From Kudoa neothunni (Eukaryota; Animalia; Cnidaria): a stretch of DNA of 41,878 nt. Of the stretch, positions 1 through 11,069 are shown piece after piece (the stretch's first letter is position 1; each line of letters opens with the position of its first letter). The notes beneath the pieces were generated by a model that saw nothing but the letters and a program-made list of their open reading frames with translations, searched no databases and was not told the DNA's origin. The stretch covers positions 4,812,759-4,854,636 of the forward strand of contig OZ199839.1 in NCBI GenBank assembly GCA_964304625.1. Direction: 5' to 3'. Made by a program: the position numbers and the translations under genes.

Positions 1-978
1 TACGAATCCAATTTATGTGAATTAAATATCAAATCAGTAAGAAATGAAGATTTGATCCTATACGATTCCGGTTCCAAGGATTTTGAGCGTATCATCATTT
101 TTTATACTCCCCAAAATCTAGTACATTTGAATAATGCCGACGTGTGGATATCGGATGGAACGTTCAAAGTGGTGCCAAGAGAGTTCTCACAATTATACAT
201 TATTCATGGGAAGATATTGGGCAAGGATTTTCCGCTTATTTTTGTATTAATGGCAAATAGAGCAGAATCCACGTATACCAAAGTTTTGTCTATTCTCGAG
301 GATAATAAAGTGAAATTTCCAAAATTTTTGATAATAGATTTTGAGCTTCAAGTATTCAATACGTTCAAAAAAGCATCAAAAGAAATATCCATAACAATTC
401 TGTCTTTTCCATCTTGGACAATGCATTTGGAGACAAATACAAAAAGAAGAGTTTACGAAATTATATGAAGAAAACGTTGATTCCAAAATTTATATCAAAT
501 GTTTCCTATCTCTAGCCTTTGTTCCAATAGAATATGTCCGTCAGGAGTTTACCAAACTTAAAAATAAAAGAAACAAGTTCGTTGATGTCAATTTAACATC
601 GTTTATAACTTATTTCGAAAAAAACTTCATCAATTGTTCAAAATTCTAAATATAAAATTGGAATTCTTTCGATCGTGTCATCGATAGAATAAACCTTACT
701 TCAAATTCGGTGGAAGCATTCAACTGTCATTTTCAAGATCGATTCGATCAGAGCCATATGCCGGCTTGCATACATTTATTGAAGTATTAAAAGAAACTCA
801 GAGTAATACCGAACAAAATATTCAATATCGAATGCGCAATCCAAATTCTATTTTATCTGAAAAACATCATATCCTGAAAATGGAAAAAGTTAAAGATATA
901 TGTCTTAATTATGAGAAATATTATGCAACATATTATTTAGAAGCAATTTCATTGATGTATAATTGGAAGCTACGCTAA
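1..978 (+). pseudogene. MULE/Mutator-like transposase, degraded and 5'-truncated by the window edge
   Basis: ORF 52-468 has the MULE core (WISDGTFKVVPREFSQLYIIHG, FPLIFVLM, LIIDFE). The later motifs (FHLGQCIWR, LSLAFVP, YFEKNF, SNSVEAFN) continue through frameshifts and stops into ORF 766-978. Confidence 0.85.
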
Positions 979-1049
979 TATTATATTTTATAATTAAATT
1001 ATCGGCCATCTACAAATACGCTATTAGTTTTCTTTCTATATTCGTGTAT

Positions 1050-1732
1050 TCATAATTGAACAACAATTTGCGCGCTCAGTCGGCTGAAACAAAAGACTGA
1101 CTTTTCAAGAATTTCTTAAGGTCTGCTATTCCTGGGGCATAGAAAGACCAATTTTTAAAGCCAAGGATGAGTTTTCATTCAATAAAACCATTATCAAGTG
1201 GTATCAATATTTTCGCTATGTCTGCTCAAGAACGCTGATTATAAAATTGGTGGAACGAGTCATATTGTTCAAATCGACGAGTCATTAAACGCCAACGCAA
1301 AAAATAATGTTGGAAGGTGGCCGAAACAAAGATGGGTTTTTGGCGGGTACAATGTCACTGAGAAAAGGGAATCTTTAGTTTTGGTCGAAGGCAGAACTGA
1401 AGATACACTCTTGTATTATGTGGGAAGATCCAGAAAACTTGAAAGTGTCATCCATTCTGATCAATGACCTTCCTATCAACTATCAACATTCCACTGTGAA
1501 ACACTCGAAAAACTTTAAAGATCCGACTACTGGAGCTCACACCAATCATGTGGAATGTTATTGGAAAAACTGTAAACGGAAATTTAAAGGAATGGCTAGT
1601 GTTCAAACATTTACCTTAATGAGTCACCTCGACGAGTTCATGTAGTTCATGTAGCGAGAATCGTACGCCAATGACGATATATTTGCCACGAATAGTATTC
1701 TCCAGAAAATCTCACTGGCGCATCCTCTGTAA
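1050..1732 (+). pseudogene. ISXO2-like (Merlin/IS1595 family) transposase remnant
   Basis: Motifs KIGGTSHIVQIDES, QRWVFGG, SVIHSDQ, HSTVKHSKNFKDPTTGAHTNHVECYW and HLDEFM are spread over two frameshifted ORFs (1198-1467, 1418-1645). Confidence 0.85.
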
Positions 1733-1739
1733 CCTAATA

Positions 1740-3429
1740 CAGTCGAACCTGGATATTGCGTAATTTTTTGGGAATGGAAAAAAATTACGCAATATAGGGT
1801 ATTGGCGCAAACGCATTATGTATAAGAACAAAAATTTATTTGGGTTTAAAATAACTAGTAATTTCCGTCTGTTTATGCCTTTTTTTAATTATTTCAGATA
1901 TGAAATCTATAACTAGGTGCGTTGAAAATAATGCTTTGGAGTTTTCTTGCATAAAAGCTTTTCTGATTAAATTGATCGCTTGTTTAAGTTCTGAAGTTGA
2001 CACGAGCGTTTCATCTTTTACAAAATCCGGATCATCATGCTCTTTAAATTTATCAGTTTCGTGCGTTTGGGGTAAATCTTTTGTTTCCTCGTGCATTTGT
2101 TCCTCCTCTTCAATGTTGTTGATTTCGTCAAATTTTTTGTCCAAAAAATAAGGTTGATGAACAATGTAAAAATGTGACAAAATTTTCACCATCATTATCA
2201 GGAAAATCTTGAGGCAAGATTTCGCCATCTAATAATTTTTAATTCAGGGTGATAAAGGATGGAATTACAATGCTCAACAAGTCTAGATTTTCTGAAACAA
2301 TTTTGAATAGCAGTCGAAGATACGTTTCCCATGCCTGCTTCCAAGTTCTTATACAGTCCAAAACGGTATACTTAATTAAATTTGAATTGTTGTCTTCAGA
2401 TAATTGATAGTTTGTCAAAATTTTACGATACTGCCATTTTGAATTGCGTATGACACCAAGGTTCATTGGTTGTAGTACACTTATGATGTTTTTAGGTAAA
2501 AATACCAGTTTAACATTTTCAAATTCATGAAGGTTTTGTAGATGCACAGGGCACTGATCCAATAATATTGGAACTTTTCCTTTTTTTTCTTCTTGGAATT
2601 TTTCATCATAGGACTTAAGGACATCGTAAAAAATTTTAGGTGACATCCCTAGCATTTTTTGGTGTATAATATTTCAAAGGAAGTGGGCTCTGATTTATTA
2701 AACACCTGGGTTTTTGATACTTCCCTATTACAATAAGTGGGAATTTTTCCCCTGTTAAGGACGCAGACACAAGAACGGTAACCCCTTTTCTTGGATAGCT
2801 TCATTCCTTTTACGTCGGATTCGTCATTTAGAGTATACGCGTATAAGAGTAACTGTTCATAAAAAAGAGACGTTTCATCCATATTTATTATGTTGCATTT
2901 TTTGTATCCTAGTGAGATTTCTGGAGATTTAACCAAAAAAATCCAGTACAGTTTGATTATTCACACTGCTGGCTTCACCGTGCAATTTTTTATAATGAAT
3001 ACAGTATCTATTTTTAAATCCCACGAACCAACCATTACTACCGGCAAATTCATCAAGCCCTATAGATTTAGCGATACTTTTGGCCTTTTCAACAATTAGT
3101 ATGCAGAACAATCTTCTTCTGATTTTGCATTTTAGTGATCCACGTCCACGCATATAGTAAATTGTCCCAACTCCCTGTATTTGCCTTCTTTCATTATTTT
3201 TCCTGAAGCTGAAACAGTAGAATTAATAATATCATTTTGAGCAGCTAAAATCCTATCAAATGTAGAGTGCCCTGCAAATATATTTTATTGGGATTAGATA
3301 ATTTTATATTACTAAATAGCTTGAAATGTTGAACAATCATTGCTTTTGCTCCTTTAAGAGATTTAATTGAATTATAGTATTCGATAATTTCAATTTTTTC
3401 AGCCACCGTTTCGACTGGTTCCTTGCCAT
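1740..3429 (-). mobile_element. Tigger/pogo (CENP-B-like DDE_1) transposon, degraded
   Basis: TA followed by the pogo-type terminus CAGTCGAACC at 1740. Minus-strand fragments carry FAGSNGWFVGFKNR (CENP-B HTH), IINMDETSLFY, ILLDQCPVH, FLPKN..SVLQPMNLGVI and C-terminal KQTEITSYF. The second TIR was not found. Confidence 0.85.
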
Positions 3430-3745
3430 CTTTATTTCGCAGGAATTCGAAAAGAAGATTAAGCGGGGATTAAACTAAACAAAATGTTACACAGTAGAGA
3501 GATTTTAGTTTTAGCGCAATATCTTAAATTTTTACTTCGTTAGTAACAACTTTTTATCTTAGCATGCTTTGTTAACATCTATGTAAATAGTATATACACA
3601 TTTCTTTTTTGCGCAAATTTAGGATTAAAGGGTTATGTGTGGATTACTCAGGGTCCACACTTCATCACCAGTGCTAATTTCGATATGTATTGGTTGAGAA
3701 TGCGCGACTTGGTAAAAAAAATTCAAAGAATAAGCTAAAATTGCT

Positions 3746-3811
3746 GGGGCCCATTTGGACCCCACTCTGTCCCCTACGTAATTTTCAGACGCATCGTCCT
3801 TCGAGGTTTAA
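3746..3811. repeat. Orphan terminus of a piggyBac-like non-autonomous element
   Basis: GGGGCCCATTTGGACCCC subterminal palindrome followed by CGTCCTTCGAGGT+TTAA, which resembles the right end of the 13513-14885 element (GGTCCTTCGACGG+TTAA). Confidence 0.45.
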
Positions 3812-4607
3812 CATACCAACAACCTGGATTAACTCTCGTACTTGTTCGGTTGAACTCACATCAAATGTTTTGTTTCAGGTTATAGTTAGGACAAATGTTT
3901 CAACTCATGACATAACTAAAAATATTTTTTTGAATAAATATTCGAAAAACGCACGGGTCCACTTTGGTCTTAAAAAATTAAGTGTACAAATCGTTTTCAG
4001 ACACTCAGGTGATTAATAGGTGAGAATTAGATTAATTTCTCAACTCTTACATGGATATTTTGGGCACACTACAATTGATAATGAATTTTACCATAAGTGT
4101 TGTCTGTCTTTATGTGATTGAAAATGACGCAACGTTGAATAAAAGGAGATAACAATATATGATACCGCGATTTCAATCGGACAAATCGGATTTTTAGGAT
4201 TAATTTAGGCGATCGATGGCAATTACTTCCGATTTCTATTTTTAAAAATCAATAAGACTTTAAAAATTGTTTAATATTATTTTTATAGTTGAATTTTCTC
4301 AGCAACTAATTTACGATAATTTCCACAAACAACAGATAAATTTAAGTATCATAAATTTGTGCAAGTAAGCTGAAACTCCTATTTTTTAGTATGGATACTC
4401 CTAGCGCTATTGTAGAAAAGTTAAACTATTCATTACCGGATTTTACTTCCTATTTCGGAAATGTCGGCAATCAATGGCAGAATGTTGATTTTCAAGTTCG
4501 GAAATTTTTAAATTTAAACTATTATTGGGTATACGTTAACGTACTTAAGAGTAATGTTGGGATACAACAAAATATTGGAAGATGAAAATAAAAGAATTTG
4601 TCAATTA

Positions 4608-6020
4608 ATGGCAGATTAGGGTAAAATCCAAACTTAAGTAGAACATTTTTTAAAAACGTTTCAACCGTTCAAGATGCAAATAAGTACCGAGAAACTGAAA
4701 CAATGTCACCATTTAAAAGGAGGACGCAAGTTCAGTGATGACGTAAAGAAATTACTTGACCTCATCAATGACAATTACATCTTATCTATTTCTCTTATGA
4801 TCGAGAAATTAGAATTATCAGTGGAACAATAGTTTAGAGATGGTTTAAAATTAACAATATTGTATTTAAATTAAAATGGAGCGCTTCACCGGCCCGAAAT
4901 TCTGATCTATCCAAGACCTACCGGGAAGATTTTGTTGAACGGTATAGTAATCTTTCAATTCAAACAAGGTGCCAAAAACTTGTTTTTGTTGATGAAACCT
5001 CCTTTAATTTGTATAAGACCTGCACTCAGGACCAAGCATCTAAAGATATTACACCGAATCTTATTTTACAGAATAGCAGGGGACAAAACATCACTATGAT
5101 TTTAAATGTTACTGCAATGTGGGTTGTTCAATGCGAAATAAATTTTCGGTAATATGTACTTGATGCCTTCCAAGGCTTCCTTATTATGATAAAATCTGTT
5201 GGTGTGAATGACGCTTTTATCGTAGGTAGTAACGGGTAATGTAAAATTTTGTCGTATTGAAAGTATAGTTATAGAACAGGAGTCGACAACGACCGGCCCG
5301 CGGGCCAAATTTGACCCCGAAGTTTTCCTCATCCGGCCCACGAGGATGTTAATAATAAAGTTAAATTGTTTTTTTATTAAATATTATTTGTATCATTTCC
5401 CCAGTTTTTATATATCAATCTTTTCAACACAAATAAGCTTAGTAGCAATGTAAACTAAGTTAATTAGACATTATCCCTCTTTTCTAAATATAAATGTATA
5501 AAAAACAAAATTAAGATTAAATTATTCCCCAAAACAAAATCATTATTTATTTTTACTGATTGTATGATACTAATCTTATTATGACAAATGAAAACGTTTC
5601 ATTAATATTCTTTACGATTTCAAACCATCATTTACGTATATAAATTTTTAAATTCAGTCTCAATAAAATCAAGCAAACTTTAAAATAAAAAATGGTACAA
5701 AACCAATCATTTCCTCATAAAAAATGTCGAGCATTCGTTATATTTTTTCTCGCGTCACAATGAAAGCGTATTCTTTTAAATTTCAAAATGTAAATTTACT
5801 AATCCAATTTTCAATTGTGCTGAGAAAAATTCGCTACATCTAAAGTATTTAAATATATTCTGGCCTGCCTTCTAATTTGGCATGACCCTCCGGCTCGACA
5901 ACCCAATAAATTTGCCGGGCCCTGCTATAGAATAATGCTAATTATTTTTTTTATAATTGGTATATATCGTTTTTTATGCAATATCCGAAATTGATTGTCA
6001 ACAATCCTGAAATAGAGAGT
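4608..6020 (+). pseudogene. Tc1/IS630-like DDE transposase remnant, interrupted by a hAT MITE
   Basis: LVFVDETSFNL at about 4979-5011 and GQNITMI at about 5081-5101. A degenerate IVI(D)NA second-aspartate motif is split by the insertion at 5277-5924. Confidence 0.6.
5277..5924. mobile_element. Non-autonomous hAT element (MITE)
   Basis: Ends CAGGAGTCGACAA...TTTGCCGGGCCCTG with subterminal CGGCCC motifs. The 8-bp TSD is TTATAGAA (5269-5276) / CTATAGAA (5925-5932), with one mismatch. Confidence 0.75.
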
Positions 6021-6329
6021 AAAGCCCAGTAAGAGTTGTATAAATTTAAAGGTGAATTAATGGCTTAGCTCAATGTTTCTATACGACCTCATGCCTGTAC
6101 ACACTTTGTTATTAACTAGATGACTTTTATTTTGAGAAAATTAAGTTAAAATTATTAAATCACAAAAATTATGAACGAAAAATATTCGTTTCTTAAGTTA
6201 GATTAAGGATTTAAAAATAAAGGGTTAAATGAAAACATAAAGCATATATTTAGAGAAATTTTTTATAAACATCAATATGTAACAAACGAAGATATACAAA
6301 AGGAATGGACAGATTGAATTACAAAAAAC

Positions 6330-8503
6330 CTAAGCTATACAACCAGCTACAACCCCACAAGGATGAGTAAAATGTTCGGAGTGAAGCACTTTTAAAAGGG
6401 TGGCAACATCAACATAGAATTCTTGCGGAAGGTCAGCAGAGGGAACTTCCACATTGAACCATCCTAAAATAAAGTCATTTACAGGTGGCAGGAAGAGGTG
6501 TACCATTATAATCGTATAAATGAATTGAACAATCGTAGTTGATATTTCTAAGGTAGACCGACCACACACTACAAGGATCTGTAGGATAGAAATCATAGCA
6601 ACATCGTTCGTACAGACACTTAAGTCGATATAACACCAATGAGCTGGGGATGGGTGGTCGATATGGATTAAAAAGCTTTTTGGTTTTAATATTTTTTAGG
6701 GCATTTCTACAAAAATTAACCTAATTAGATAATGTGCACACCAACATGAATGCAACATTATTTTGTGGGCCTTAATAATGATTTTGTTGTCGAATACCAC
6801 CGGAAGGTTGGTCCTAACAAAAAACCAAGCGTCAAAATGAGGATTGAAGTATATCGTTTCTCCTTTGAAATAACCACAAGATTCAAAGCTCCAAGTTTCA
6901 TTGATATCGTCTTGCACTTCTCGGAGTTGGTTATCTCTGGAATCGACCGACGAAATATAATCAGTACAATTGTAACAGTAGGAAGGTTTGAAGGGAGATT
7001 CAATCGAGAGATTTTCTAGACTATTTGATGACGAACTATTGTCGCCATGGTCAGCGCAGGTAGTAACTTCATCTGGATAGGTCATTACCATTTCACAACA
7101 CACATCCTTGCTATCGATATAATGTGGTATTTGGTAGCAACCGGTGTCAAATAGTTCGATGGGAGGCATCACTGGTTGACAAGAGATAGTAAAATTGTAA
7201 AAATTGTCATCTACAGCATTAGAAAATATGTCAGCATTATCCAAGCACCAAACGAGTACCTTTGGAGGAACGTTCAAAGTGACGTTTCTTTTTATACAAC
7301 AACAAATCACTTTCACTTCTCACAAGTTTTACTTTGGTGGAGCTTGAATTATCACTATTTTGTTCTGGGTCAAATTTGTGAAAATAATGACTTTTCATTA
7401 GGTTGTATTTGGAGTGAATTTTTGGTTTAAATGGAAACGATTTTTTTTTTGATCTGCACGCTGTAGGACGTAAATTACGACACATAGGATAGAGAGAAAT
7501 TAAATGCTTAGCATGTTGATAGGGTTGGGGTACATCGATCAGACCGACATACTCACCCAACGGATGGATATTGAAAAATGGCGACATTAGAAAATTTAAA
7601 AATTCCACCAAATCATGGTGGAATTTTAGAAAAGGTACTCCACAAAATCTGGGATTATTCTCAACCACCACGGTGAATCCACCAAACGAATCACAAAACT
7701 CAATCAACATATCGTATTCGGCGTGGTAAAACGACATATTCCATATTTGGCTGTAGGTGAGCGATTCAACAAACGGCTTTTTCTTATAGCAGGACATCAA
7801 TCGATACAACAAACAACTGCTGCTTATCACTTGATAGGGTTTCAAATAGAAACCCTGTTGAATGGAGCGTTTTCGTTGTTCTATATGCACCAACGAGGTC
7901 TCTAACGAATTAGAGGGGAAAGGATCAGGTAGAAATGAGTAGGTGTCTACCACATTATTTTTCCGTTTCGATACATAATCGTGTTTTCGCATAAATTCCC
8001 ACGAGTAGTGTTTGAGACGAAATAACGCCGTCAACACATCTGAATCATGTGGAATACGGCCATATCCACTAATAACTTTTGGTATCCATAGTGTAATTAT
8101 TTGAGAGAGTTTTCTATCGAAATTCGCACCCACTCTCTCATCATAAGCAAGACTATGCGATTCAGCTTGCACCAAATATCTTGAACTCATTCGTGTTCTT
8201 TGAACAATGGTTCGCATTTCCAATAAAAGCTGTTTCCAGCTGATATCATGCGATGGAATAGAATCAAATAAAAAGAATAGACTGTTGTATTTTTCTTTGA
8301 ATAGCTTTTTCCAGATAAAATTTCTGTTGGTTATATGATGTAATTCTTTCGATATAGCCGACAGACGACAAACACTAATGTAATCAAGAAATAAGCATAT
8401 TCGTGTGAAATCTCTAAGATCCAAACCCTCTAAAGTCCATGTCATGCCTACGATGCGCGCATCAATTTCGATGTGTATAACTTAGCTCGTTTTGCATCGT
8501 CAT
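6330..8503 (-). CDS. F-box protein (about 660 aa, 5 exons) with two copies of an uncharacterised alpha/beta domain
   Basis: N-terminal F-box-like motif LEGLDLRDFTRICLFLDYISVCRLSAISKELHHITNRNFIWKKLF. Frame-preserving GT-AG introns at 8448-8481, 7211-7259, 6707-6756 (or 6721-6797, boundary uncertain) and 6464-6503 join ORFs 7237-8445, 6696-7316 and 6330-6596 into one protein ending HPCGVVAGCIA*. Confidence 0.8.
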
Positions 8504-9165
8504 GTTTTGTTTTATTCCATAGAAGTAGCCAAATTGATTTTATTTAATACCTATCGAATTATACAATGTAGAATAATTGCGTGTTATATCAAATAAACAT
8601 AGCATTTAATTGAAGCCAACTACAGAGTGTTCCTAAAATAGTTTGTGTCTTTTGATTGATTATTTTAAGTACCATTCTAAATATATTCATTCAGATCGAT
8701 TAAACATTACTGTTTATTATTTTTGTTAAAACAACCAATCAAAGTGAACACATGAAATGTTGATTAAACAAGAAAACATTGTTATGTTTGAGACAAACAG
8801 TTTATTTGACAACGCCAAACTCAAACTATTGCTATTGATGAAAAAATGTGTTAAGTCATGTTTCTAATGATGATAAAATATAGCCGAATATTTTACCCAT
8901 CACATATTACGTACCGACACAACTTTTAAAATTTATGCTGTTGTTTGTCGTTTGGATGGCAAAAAGCTAAACATTCCATGTTGAATGTGTTTCTGAGTTC
9001 GGGCACCGTTGTTTTGTTTGAAGATCGGCAAACACGGCCACTTGCTAGAATAATTTCCTTAGATAAGACCGTCCATTGATATATTTTTTAAACGAAAGAT
9101 TAAGATTTAACGTTAGTGCTTCAGCCGGAAGAATAACAATAATAATTCAACCAGGTTGAAAGCAA

Positions 9166-9974
9166 ATGGCTCCATTTTTTGATTCTATCAAACGGTTTTT
9201 CAAAAAAAAACCTTCCATCGATGAATCATTTAGAATGTGCTCTGAAGCTTTCGAAGAGGTATACTTATAAAAAAATTGTGGTCCTCAGTATCGTTTTATA
9301 ACTACAAACGTATTGCATTCGTAGCTGAACACTAATGAATCGCAACTTCGACAAGAAATAGATGTCCTCAATCGAAAGGAACAGAAACTTTTAAAAGCCA
9401 ACCAATTTGAACAAAATATTAGACTTAAAGTAAACCTCATTTTAATTCATTTAAAGTACACTCTAACTTAGATGTTGATTCTAAAAGATTTGGCAACGAC
9501 TCAACGTCGTCTTAAAGCGTAAAAATTAATGTGTTTTTTGAATGACTAAAATTTGTATATATAGAAAGGAAAAAACACTTGCATCTTTAATCGTCTTACA
9601 ACAAAGGGTTTTAACCACCCAAAAAGATATAACCAAAAGGATTTCCATTAAAACCCGCACCAAGGTTTTAGTTGTTGGTTGGGTTTAATATTTTACACTT
9701 TTTAGCGTCAAATCCCAAGTGAAAATCCAGATCCATTCTCTGATGTATAGTGGAACAACAGAAAGCATTTTTATTAAATTTATTTGTAGATTGAAGAAGA
9801 GGATCATGAAGAATTTAAAAAGTGGAATACTATCATAGAAGACGTTGCCCTGAAATTATCTGTTCTTCAAAGACAAGATTCGAGTGGTTCGCTGTAACTC
9901 CTAATTTTTTACACTTTGTGTACACATTCAATTTTAGCCCAAGCGTCCTGGATCACAGTTCACCGAAGAGATAA
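9166..9974 (+). CDS. Divergent ESCRT-III/Snf7-family (CHMP2/Vps2-like) coiled-coil protein, 7 exons, about 174 aa
   Basis: Exons 9166-9258, 9325-9429, 9472-9518, 9565-9664, 9706-9744, 9790-9893 and 9938-9974 splice in frame with GT-AG introns to give MAPFFDSIKRFFKKKPSIDES...LNTNESQLRQEIDVLNRKEQKLL...ILKDLATTQRRLKAKEKTLASL...DIEEEDHEE...EDVALKLSVLQR...LPSV. Basic N-half, acidic C-half and a MIM1-like motif. The gene model is strong; the family call is by eye. Confidence 0.6.
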
Positions 9975-11069
9975 TTTACTCGAACTTCAATATTTTGATT
10001 TTTGTTAAATTATAGATTTCTTTAAAAATATCAGTCTCTATTGTTTGATTCTCTCTAAACTAATTTAATATTGAATTGGCTGCTTTTCTATTTAAACGAT
10101 CAATATTTTAGTTTCTAAAGTATCTCTTGGGATTACCAATGAATATACGAAACATTTTTTATGTTTTGGTGTTTCAACATAATATTTTATGAGTTCTAAT
10201 GATTCTGAACAAAATTTTTAGGCTTAAATTTTAAAAAATGATAGATATATAATGTTGGTACTATTAAATAAAAAATTTGTTTGAAGAACAAAATTTATGG
10301 TTAGGTTTTAATAAAAGATTATAGTAAAATTAGTGAACTAAATTTGAATCATCCAGAAAAATTAGACGCGGAATTAACCCTCATGAATAATAATATTGAG
10401 AAAAATTTAGACTGCATTTTTTAATAAATTTGTAAATTACTTATTAAAAATGCGCACATTTACTCTTATAAAAAAATTAGTTTAAACAACTAATTATTAA
10501 AGAGGTTATAAATTTATGTTTGATTATTTTGAATTGATCCCACTTATTTTATAAAAGTTGTAGTAGGACGCGATTTTTCTTTAATTTTTATTTCGTAAAC
10601 AATATAAGATATTGTTGATCTGTATTTTTGACAATCATAATATTCTCAAGTTAAAATATTATATCTAAATTTCAGTGACGGAAAAATTCTTTTGAAGCCT
10701 AATTAAATAGGCAGTGGTTATTGCAACGGATAGGAATATTAAGTAAAATAGTGTTCGTATCAAAATTTTAATTTCATAACCACATATAACAATAAATGAA
10801 CTATTATTAAATAAATTTTCAAAAGAAAACAAATTAGTTGACTTCTTACCTCTAAATTGGCCAAGTGTGCCGACACTGTTTGATATTTGTCTTCAACGAA
10901 CTCATTGTCGTGGCTCATATCACGAATAAATAAACATTTACTAGTAAACAAAATTATTTACATCTCTAACAATCGGAATTTGCCGATTGTGATCGATCAA
11001 AATTTGAACTTTTGGTTTTTTGGCGCAAAAAAAGGATAATTAATCGCTACGCCCATATTGAAGTAAATG

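Noticed and set aside
1198-1645. Bacterial IS1595/IS630 elements implying a prokaryotic contig or recent HGT
   Set aside because: Merlin and Tc1-like relatives are established eukaryotic transposons, and the neighbouring genes are intron-rich animal genes.
1900-2151. Antisense and shadow ORFs (also 6750-7019, 7176-7430, 34007-34222, 36296-36523, 38421-38660, 39755-40078, 41692-41877)
   Set aside because: They overlap better-supported genes or transposases on the opposite strand.
6707-6741. Splice-generated in-frame TGA (possible selenocysteine) in the F-box gene
   Set aside because: It arises only with one donor choice. Alternative introns 6707-6756 or 6721-6797 keep the frame open, and no SECIS-like element was evident.
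7237-7450. Programmed frameshift or sequencing error linking overlapping ORFs 7237-8445 and 6696-7316 (A10 run at 7441-7450)
   Set aside because: A canonical 49-nt GT-AG intron (7211-7259) joins the two frames exactly, and the A-run is read in frame as KKK.
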